A program made the position numbers and the translations under genes. The notes beneath the pieces were generated by a model, which did not search any database, was not told where the DNA came from, and saw only the letters and a list, made by a program, of their open reading frames with translations. Below are positions 59,963-64,000 of a stretch of 64,000 nucleotides of DNA, piece after piece (position 1 is the stretch's first letter; each line of letters begins with the position of its first letter). The DNA comes from Marsupella aquatica (taxonomy: Eukaryota; Plantae; Marchantiophyta), in assembly GCA_973895155.1 (NCBI GenBank), contig OZ316897.1:21303455-21367454 (forward strand), in the 5' to 3' direction.

Positions 59963-62030
59963 TCATTTTCTTTTATACTTTCTTTTTTCTTTGTCTGTAG
60001 TACTTGGTCCAGGCTCCTGTCTAGTTGTACAGGCTTCTGCCAACTCTATGTGAAACTTAGCATTGTCATCCATAGTATCATGGAAATCAACTTCCATGTA
60101 ATCACCCAACACCCTTGTAGACCTGGATTCCTTATGGAGGATTGTTCTCCATGCAATCCCCTTATCATTTGGGTAAAAAAACACTTGTTCTATCTGTCGT
60201 GGCAATACATAGTCCATTTTCTTGGAAGCACCTAGCTCCTTCTGAAAATTTACTTGCCACAATCCAGACGCATCATATCTCATACTTGCAGTGGCTTTGG
60301 GAGTCCAAGATGGGTTTGCCCACCTTCCTTTGAAAAGGACCACTTCCTTTATCAGAGGCCCATAGTTCAACACTAAGATGTCTGTCAACACCCCCACATA
60401 TTGTACAGATTCATCTACTGTTGCCCCTGACCTAATGACCCGCTTCTCAGTGAATGTACAAGCCATCCCAGAATCAAAAGTCTTGAACCCAGATGAGTCA
60501 CAATCAATCAAGGAACCTAGTGATGGAATGGTCCTCCAATGGTGCCCATAGGCTCTGTAGGCCCTGTACCGTAGTGCCTTCAAACTAGGTGGTACACTAT
60601 ACGCTGCCAACACCATTCGTTCAAACTCATTCTCAAAATTATGCCTTCTAATTGTCACTTCAAACCATTCTCTAAAAGGAGGCAACTCATCCAAATCAGA
60701 GGGATAAGGCACAGGATTCCTCTGATTTCCTGGATTCTTCATCCATTCTTTCCGGAAATCTGCTCTGTGCTTGGTAACTGCCTCCTTTTGATCATCATTA
60801 ACCCTGCATGGCAATAATGACTCAGCTCCTAGGCCCACACAATTTCTGCTCAAAACTCAATTCTGTTTAAATCAATCTATTCATTAAAAGTGAATTATTA
60901 TTGAATTTATGAACATTTGGGCAATAGAAAGTGTACATTTGGCCTTCAAAAAATGTACAGTTAGGCAAGAAACAAAGTTGATGGCCATCACATGTAACAC
61001 CATGTTCATCCTTTGTAAACGAACTAGGATGAAACTCCTTCTAGTCAAGATCATTTTTGTCACCTCAAGTTTACAATTGATCATTTAGGTGTGGAGTATT
61101 CTACCATAGTGTACCTTTTGGGTTTAAAAAGTGTACAGTTAGAGACCAAATAGTGAACATTTAGAGGCCTAAAAGTGAACAAAATAAAATACACTTTTAA
61201 TGAATAGGGTGATTTAAAAAAAACAACAGAGAACTTAACAATATAAACCATGCTCATACCTATACCATGGTTCCACCAGCTCTTCATTCTCCAGTATGTA
61301 ATGATGCATAGCTATCATATCATTCCACTCCAAGGTGATCTGTTTTCCAGCTCCTTCCAAGACAATGCCTGCAACACCAGGATTCTCCTCCAAGTCCCAT
61401 GTTCTCATTCTGGTCCCCTTAACATCGATCATGTATTTAGAAAGGAATCCTAAAGATTCATCCAGAAGGTAGCCTTCAGCCATAGAAGCCTCTGGAAGTG
61501 CCTTGTTTCGAACATAACCCTTCAAGGTCTTTAGATATCTTTCTATTGGGCAGATCCATCTAATGTTCACTGGACCACAGATGTCTAGTTCTTGAACCAG
61601 ATGAATCAACAGATGGGTCATGACATCAAAGAAGCTTGGTGGGAAATGAATTTCCATAAGGCAAAGTGTGAATGCAACATCTCTCATCACAGAGTCGTAC
61701 TGTGAGGGATCCCAAACCTTGGCACAGATGGTACGCCACACATTGCTCACTCTGGCTATGGCCAACCGAACACCTTCATCAAGTAATCCCATTGTTGCCA
61801 ATGGAAGGATTTGTTGCATGAGGTGATGGAAATCGTGAGATTTCAGCCCTGATAACTTCTTCTTAACTGTGACACATTTAGCCAAAGAACTGCTGAAACC
61901 AGTGGGCCCTTTAAAGGTCAACAATACCTCTAAGAACTTAGTCTTCTCTGTCTTACTGAGGCAGTATGGGGCTGGCGGCATGATCTTTGAATCTTTTTTT
62001 GGATCTGGATTTGAAACCAGCCACAGGTGT
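59963..62030 (-). pseudogene. CACTA TnpD/Tnp2 transposase C-terminal part (DUF4218- and DUF4216-like), cut by LTR insertion
   Basis: GLKSHDFH, FPPSFFDVMTHLLIHL...GPV..RW..PIERYLKTLKGYVRN...EASMAEGY, and YVGVLTDILVLNY...LFKGRW...QIEQVFFY. Confidence 0.9.
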
Positions 62031-64000
62031 TGTGATGCCTAGACAGGAATCACTCGGCCGGTTAAGTGGGTAAAGCAGGAAGGCACCCTAGGAACACCTT
62101 AGTATAGTGACAAAACAAGGAAAATATAAACAATTAGGGGCAACCATGGAACCCGGGCAGAGGCCGGAGGTAAGGCTGAGGGTGAAAACCCGATTAGGGT
62201 TAGGGCGCGTTAAGCGTCGGCGGCTAGGAAGGATCAACGGGAAGAAGGACCGGCAGAGGAGAGGGGTAAGGAGCGCTTGCAGGAGATGGTGGCTCATTTG
62301 CGAGCACGAACTAGGCAGACGACTACGGGAGGCCAACTACTGTCAGCTGCTTAGGCAAGCACTCGGGGAGAGAGTAGATACCGACGATCGACCTAAGGAG
62401 GGTATGAGCAACGTCAATCAAGCGGCACATTTCTGGGGATGCCTGTTCGAACGGGCAACTGAGTACATCAAGACTTACGAGGACGAGGAGTCAGAAAGGG
62501 CAGCTCGAGAACGGCAGGAGCTCGCTCGATTGTGGGAGCTGCACAAGACGGCTTTCTTAGGAGGCGAACTCATCAAGGACGAGTTCCTGTGGACGCCTAC
62601 TTCCAATCAACTCGACGATCTTCTGTTTTGCAAAGACAGCGTCGTCGGCATCCGAGAGGCCATCAAGAACTGCAACGACATACACTGGGAATTAAAGGGT
62701 AGCACGGAAAGGTGGACCCAGGCAACAGTGCTAGGAGAAACCTCCACGGCAGCAGAGATGAAGAGGAAGGGAGCCGTCAACGATGAAGCCACCCCGGCAA
62801 AAAGAACGAGGTCGGCGGCACCAAAGAAGCCAACCGAGCAGCAGAGCAGGAGGCAGGGAGAAGCCAAAGAGGAGGAGGTCGATCCCATCAAGGCCATTCC
62901 AACCAGGGATGACACCTGGAAGGGCTGGGCGGCAACCCTACCGGTGGAGGTGCAACTACATTTTGCACGGGAGGAGGATGCATGCTTTACGGCCATGCAG
63001 ACCAAGAAGTACCAAGGCTTCATGGCCGGATCCGGCTTGGAGGCCTTTGTAAGATTACCATGGCTGAAGCCGGAGGTACCGGAGTCAGACCTATTAGAAT
63101 TCGTGGGGTCATGGGAACCCGAGACCAATTGCACGAGGATATATGGGAAGGATTTCTATCTTACTCCCAAGGTAACCAGACCCAAGCCGGGACTACAACG
63201 GGTACCTCCTCAACCAATTGAAGAAGATCTTAAAGGAGGAGCAGCAGGTAATCGGCATGGGGAGCGTGTCGCGGCTTGGCTATCACATGCCGCTGTTGTG
63301 CCGGTATGCCAGAGGACAGACTTTTGCCCCGGTACTTCCCCTGCAGGTAAGGGCACCCGAGGAAGCTCCAACGCCGAGGCCGTTGGCTGAGAAGCCTCAA
63401 CCACCTGTTAGTCCTACGATCGAGCAGGTGTTTAGGCCCAGGAAGGAAGACTTGCCGATGCAGCAACCAGGCATGCAGAGTCTGCTGAAACTACTGGAGA
63501 AAGAAAAGAAATCGGCATCGGCAACAACAACAACAACGGCAATGGCAACAATGCAGGACACTACTACAGAGGTAGGCCTACACCGGCTCACAAGAGAAAA
63601 CCCCTTTGCTGGAGACAAGGAGAGAATCAGGCCGGAATCCAAGCCAGGTGTTCGAATGTACGTGGGAACCTCAAGCTCCGAATCTGAGGCAGAATTGCCT
63701 GAAGCTCCTACCGACGAAGAGGAGAGGGAGAAGCCGGACGTCCAAGAGGTAGAGGAGGCAGTGGAGGACTGCAGCCATGATAATTCCGGCTATGGGTCGG
63801 ACCATCACGTTCCAGGAGTAAGGACCTGTGGCCGGTTTGTCCCCACACTTCCAAGGGTAGTGCGAGGGGACCCCAACCAGCAGAGTAGCCCTGAGTCTCC
63901 CCCACCAGATGTTGCTCCCCCGAGCTTTGACGGCATAAAACAGACGGTGCAGGAATTTCAGGAGCGAATCAAGCAGGAGGAAGAGGCCGCCCTGGCTAAG
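62031..64000 (+). mobile_element. Third copy of the gypsy-2 LTR (partial), inserted in CACTA TnpD
   Basis: Starts TGTGATGCCTAGACAGG and matches the reverse complement of 35647 onward. A 233-bp deletion near 63175 frameshifts the LTR ORF. Confidence 0.93.

Larger units (their letters stand above)
42244..64000 (-). mobile_element. CACTA (En/Spm) transposon, other end outside window; hosts the MULE and an LTR insertion
   Basis: Terminus CACTAGTGGAAAA at 42244 followed by ATGAC/GTCAT-rich subterminal repeats. TnpD- and TnpA-like coding pieces lie on the minus strand. Confidence 0.85.

Overview
This window is plant-type heterochromatic DNA made almost entirely of nested transposable elements, with no host gene recognisable. 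The backbone is a decayed Ty1/copia element (copia-A; pieces at 10965-11699, 37586-37612 and 40756-42243). Four elements have inserted into it. (i) A young Ty3/gypsy element (<1-10964) with an intact gag-pol ORF. (ii) A second copia (11700-37580, TSD AAATC), which itself carries a 4.0-kb gene-bearing solo LTR (14909-18926) and a 15.5-kb minus-strand gypsy (20104-35647). The 4.66-kb LTRs of that gypsy each contain a ~1220-codon accessory ORF, and its pol appears to be reached by a -1 frameshift. (iii) A 3.1-kb non-coding TIR element with a 4-bp TSD and many ~40-bp palindromes (37613-40751). (iv) A CACTA element (42244->64000). The most interesting unit sits inside the CACTA TnpA-like gene: a 13.6-kb Mutator-like element (44205-57787, 9-bp TSD, short TIRs). 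It encodes a GCM-like/MULE/SWIM transposase and, divergently, a spliced cargo gene with an N-terminal ParB/Srx-like domain and a C-terminal beta-class N4C/N6A DNA-methyltransferase-like domain. A 20-bp parS-like palindrome is repeated through its introns and intergenic DNA. All domain calls are by-eye motif recognition, not database searches.
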